Source of the DNA: an uncultured Poribacteria bacterium
Lineage (GTDB): Bacteria; Poribacteria; WGA-4E; WGA-3G
DNA length: 64,000 bases
Direction of reading: 5' to 3'
NCBI GenBank assembly: GCA_951813565.1
Contig: OX638351.1
Coordinates: 3,565,506-3,629,505 of the forward strand
In this document: in pieces, positions 60,783 to 64,000 of the stretch
Layout: each line of letters begins with the position of its first letter
Position numbering within the stretch: position 1 is the stretch's first letter
The notes under the pieces: generated by a model
Told to the model about the DNA's origin: nothing
Database searches by the model: none
Seen by the model: the letters and a program-made list of their open reading frames with translations, nothing else
Translations under genes and position numbers: made by a program

Positions 60783-62351
60783 CTACCGGACAACTGGCTG
60801 CTGTGACTGGACAAGTAACTGTTGTAATATTTTCGAGGCAACTTCGCGATCATCAAACGGAAATCTTTCACCGCGAATTTCTTGATAATTTTCATGCCCT
60901 TTACCGGCAATCACGACGACATCACCTGGATGTGCATCCATGATAGCATGCCGAATTGCTTCACGTCGCTCCGGAATACACAAATATGCTGCATCATGTG
61001 GTAAATTTGACACAATTTCTGAGATGATTTCATCGGGACTTTCCGTACGTGGATTGTCAGATGTAATTACGCTCACATCAGCAAGTTGAGTGGAAATCGC
61101 ACCCATTTTTGGACGTTTACCCCTATCACGGTCACCTCCACAACCAAACACAGAAATTAGTCGCCCTTCCGCGACCCCTCGAGCTGCAGTTAGGACATTT
61201 TCCAGACCATCAGGGGTGTGGGCATAATCAACAATGACAGCAAAATCCTCATCTTGTTCAGATGGTGGATTAACTCGTTCAAAACGCCCAGGAACAACAG
61301 TCGTAGCAAGTCCCTTGCGAATAGCTGCAGCACTGCACTTATAGCGGAGTCCTACCCCAATTGCAGCAAGAGCGTTGTAAACATTATATGCCCCTAACAA
61401 GTGGATTTTTGCCTCAATCTCCTGAAATAATGGTGTTGAAGTGTTGATGTTGCTATTACCTTTCGCCACTGTTGTAAAGGCTAACTGTTTTAGTGAAATT
61501 TCTACGTCTTGTGCCTTCAAATCTGCTTCTTTTTTAATTCCGTATGTTAGTATGTTTCCGTGGGACGCGATATGCTTAACGATGCAAGCCGTAGTTGGAG
61601 AATCTGCGTTCAATATCGCCACTCCTTGCGGACTCAACTGTTCAAATAGCATCAATTTCGCAGCAAGATAATTCTCCATCGTGCCGTGGTAGTCCAGATG
61701 GTCCTGTGTCAAATTGGTAAAAACAGCGGTATCGTAGGTGAGGCCAGTCAGTCGGTGTTGTGCCAGTCCTTGGGAAGAGGTTTCCATGATGACATGTTCT
61801 ATTCCTGCGTCAGCGATTTGCTTTAACATAGCATGGAGTTCAAACGCGTCAGGGGTCGTTAGAAGTGCGGGAATCTCAATTTTTGATGGACAGTTTCCGT
61901 TTGAGGTTGGATCTTTCGCATCAAATGTATGTCCCACTGTTCCTAAAACAGCGGTCTTCAACCCTTGCGCCTTCAGAATTCCATCTGTCAAATGTGCAGT
62001 AGATGTTTTGCCATTTGTGCCGGTAATACCAGTTAATTTCAGTCGTTTCGCTGGGTTACCGTGCCAATTGGCAGCACTTAAGGCTTGTGCTTTTCGTCCG
62101 TTAGAGGTGATTACGCCAGTTACATCATTGGGTAATTCAGATGTTCGTTTTTCTGAGATAATTGCTATTGCGCCGTTTTGGATAGCACCATCAATAAAAG
62201 AGTGTCCATCAACGTTCAGTCCTTGGTAACAAACGAAGGCATACCCTGGCTTGACTTTTCGGTGGTCACTGACAACACCCTTAATTTCGGGATTTCGATC
62301 ACCCGTGACTTCGGTGATTTCGATTCCATCCAGAAGGTTTTGGAGTCTCAT
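60783..62351 (-). CDS. murE: UDP-MurNAc-dipeptide--meso-diaminopimelate ligase
   Basis: TGTNGKTS, TTPD, FTNLTQDHLDYH, VDYAHTPDG, FGCGGDRD, SDNPR (DAP-type motif), AGKGHE. Confidence 0.95.
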   Translation of the reverse strand: MRLQNLLDGIEITEVTGDRNPEIKGVVSDHRKVKPGYAFVCYQGLNVDGHSFIDGAIQNGAIAIISEKRTSELPNDVTGVITSNGRKAQALSAANWHGNPAKRLKLTGITGTNGKTSTAHLTDGILKAQGLKTAVLGTVGHTFDAKDPTSNGNCPSKIEIPALLTTPDAFELHAMLKQIADAGIEHVIMETSSQGLAQHRLTGLTYDTAVFTNLTQDHLDYHGTMENYLAAKLMLFEQLSPQGVAILNADSPTTACIVKHIASHGNILTYGIKKEADLKAQDVEISLKQLAFTTVAKGNSNINTSTPLFQEIEAKIHLLGAYNVYNALAAIGVGLRYKCSAAAIRKGLATTVVPGRFERVNPPSEQDEDFAVIVDYAHTPDGLENVLTAARGVAEGRLISVFGCGGDRDRGKRPKMGAISTQLADVSVITSDNPRTESPDEIISEIVSNLPHDAAYLCIPERREAIRHAIMDAHPGDVVVIAGKGHENYQEIRGERFPFDDREVASKILQQLLVQSQQPVVR

Positions 62352-64000
62352 AACCCCTCTCCCTTCCTTACTAAAGTGTCGTCAGAAATTGGTGTGTGTT
62401 TAATTAGCGAATGACCCGTTTTGCCTGTCTTCCCTTTTTTGGGGAGAGAAGTATTAATTTTATTGGGCGGTTGATTTGATAACTGTGTGTTAGCAATCCG
62501 CGTAACCGTTCCGTTTCCGTCGACATATTTATGGTCAGAAGTACTTTTCCGCTTTGGTGTTGAGTCGAAAAAATGTGTTTGCTCAATATGTTTAAGAGTT
62601 TGCTTGGCAATCCGTTTGAAAATAGGCGCTACGATCCGACCACTAAATCTTTCACCGGTGGGTTCATCCAATGTGACAATAATGGCAATTTTAGGTGCGT
62701 CAGCGGGAAGAAATCCCATAAAGGACATGACCTCTTTACCTGCAGCATAGCCCTTGCCTTTTTCAGCTTTCTGCGCTGTTCCGGTTTTGCCAGCGATACT
62801 AATACCTTCTATTTTGGCTTTCATGCCACTTCCTTTTTCAACCACACCGACAAGAATATCTGTCATCTGCTTGGCAATTTCCGGACGCAAAACCCGTCTT
62901 ATCTTAGCAGGACGGTTCTTTTTAATTAGGTTTCCTTGCGCATCTCGGATTTCTTTAGTGATATAAGGTCGGTGTAAGATACCTCCATTGGCAATGACAG
63001 CCAAAGCGTTAACCATCTGTAACGGTGTAACAGAGATGCCCTGCCCAAATGGTACAGCACCAAGAGAGTTCGTGTCCCACCGCCTCAGTGCGTATAAGTT
63101 ACCACGCTGTTCATACGGCAGATCAATACCAGTCTTTTCTCCAAAGCCGTATCTATCTACATACGTTTCAAAAAGCTCAGGTCCTAACTCCTGAACAATT
63201 TTTATCATTCCGATATTGCTTGATTTTTGTATAACTTGTTCAAGTGATAACCATCCTTTTCCTGAGACATCTTTTATAACGCGTCGCTTACCAATGCGGT
63301 AACGTCCATTATGACAAAAGACCGTTGATTCAGGTGTCATAATGCTTTCATTTAGAACTGCGGAAGAGGCAATAATTTTGAAGATAGACCCCGGTTCAAA
63401 CAGGTACCAAATGCCAAGGTTACGTTTTGCTTCTTCATCAGCGTTTGTTTGGCAATTAATATCGTAAGTCGGATAACTTGCCATCGCCAATATTTCTGAA
63501 GTTTCTACTGCAAGGACAATGGCAGTACCTTTCGGAGCGTTCCAATCTTTACATCCTTCCGCCAGTTCCTTTTCGACAATGTCTTGAATCACTTGATCAA
63601 GGGTTAGAACTACGTTACATCCACTGTTTCCAAGTGTTTCGGTAGTAGATTGTGTTTGAAGACCGGCAGATGTTAACGCCGCGCTCCTCTGATATTGCGG
63701 TGAATGTAGTTTTTCAAGGTACGTGTTATACTGATACTCAATTCCTTCGCCCGCATTTAAATCGTTAAGGTAGCCGATGACCTGTGCTGCAAGAGTCTTC
63801 TTCGGATAGACCCGGTTCGGTTCAACCTCAACTTTAAGTCCTCTATGTTTTTTAGTGATGTCTCGAATAGCATCTAACTTGTCATAGTCCACACTTTTTT
63901 TAAGATAGACAAATTCAACGTACTCTCCATTTCGCTTCCGTTTTAGCTGCGCTAATAGTTCCGAATTGGTGGTATTCAATAACGGGGCTAATTCGGCCGC
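62348..64000 (-). CDS. ftsI: Class B penicillin-binding protein (FtsI/PBP3-like); 5' end lies outside the window
   Basis: RVYP, EPGSIFK (SxxK), KSSN (SxN), FGQG, GKTGTAQK. Confidence 0.88.
   Translation of the reverse strand, partial: AAELAPLLNTTNSELLAQLKRKRNGEYVEFVYLKKSVDYDKLDAIRDITKKHRGLKVEVEPNRVYPKKTLAAQVIGYLNDLNAGEGIEYQYNTYLEKLHSPQYQRSAALTSAGLQTQSTTETLGNSGCNVVLTLDQVIQDIVEKELAEGCKDWNAPKGTAIVLAVETSEILAMASYPTYDINCQTNADEEAKRNLGIWYLFEPGSIFKIIASSAVLNESIMTPESTVFCHNGRYRIGKRRVIKDVSGKGWLSLEQVIQKSSNIGMIKIVQELGPELFETYVDRYGFGEKTGIDLPYEQRGNLYALRRWDTNSLGAVPFGQGISVTPLQMVNALAVIANGGILHRPYITKEIRDAQGNLIKKNRPAKIRRVLRPEIAKQMTDILVGVVEKGSGMKAKIEGISIAGKTGTAQKAEKGKGYAAGKEVMSFMGFLPADAPKIAIIVTLDEPTGERFSGRIVAPIFKRIAKQTLKHIEQTHFFDSTPKRKSTSDHKYVDGNGTVTRIANTQLSNQPPNKINTSLPKKGKTGKTGHSLIKHTPISDDTLVRKGEGL

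Noticed and set aside
1..64000. rRNA, tRNA, prophage or defence-system genes
   Set aside because: None was recognised by eye; tRNAscan and Rfam were not run.

Overview
Bacterial chromosomal window of moderate-to-low GC. It is most consistent with Candidatus Poribacteria (inference from LamG/TolB-like proteins ending in V-x-P-x(6-7)-[TQ]-W-G-x-I-K, plus PhyH, DUF1501, CRTAC1/ASPIC and tandem sialate O-acetylesterases). 1-13.4 kb is carbohydrate/uronate catabolism: three tandem SGNH acetylesterases, a TolB-like pseudogene, a UxuA-like dehydratase, two Gfo/Idh/MocA oxidoreductases, a TIM-barrel isomerase, an Ogl-like lyase, a LamG protein and a beta/gamma-crystallin fusion. 14-24 kb holds a DUF1501 / WD40 / PPC-di-cytochrome c module and a tricorn protease. 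24-32 kb has an atypical acetate kinase, a fused IS630/TnpB remnant, DegT, GlpD, BatB and an intact IS701-family element. 32-45 kb has livKHM, an Npt-type transporter, PhyH, CRTAC1, TPR, LamG and radical SAM genes. 45-64 kb is a dcw cluster (ftsI-murE-hydrolase-murF-ddl-mraY-murD-ftsW-murG-murC-ftsQ-ftsA-ftsZ). The most striking non-coding signal is a set of nested non-autonomous elements: TA-flanked IS630-type MITEs, 8-9-bp-TSD IS256-type MITEs, a REP-targeting element with a 16-bp duplication, GTAG REPs, and recurrent ~34-bp AATCAAC+hairpin units inserted without a TSD inside other repeats. No rRNA, tRNA or CRISPR array was recognised. All calls come from visual motif recognition only; no searches were run.
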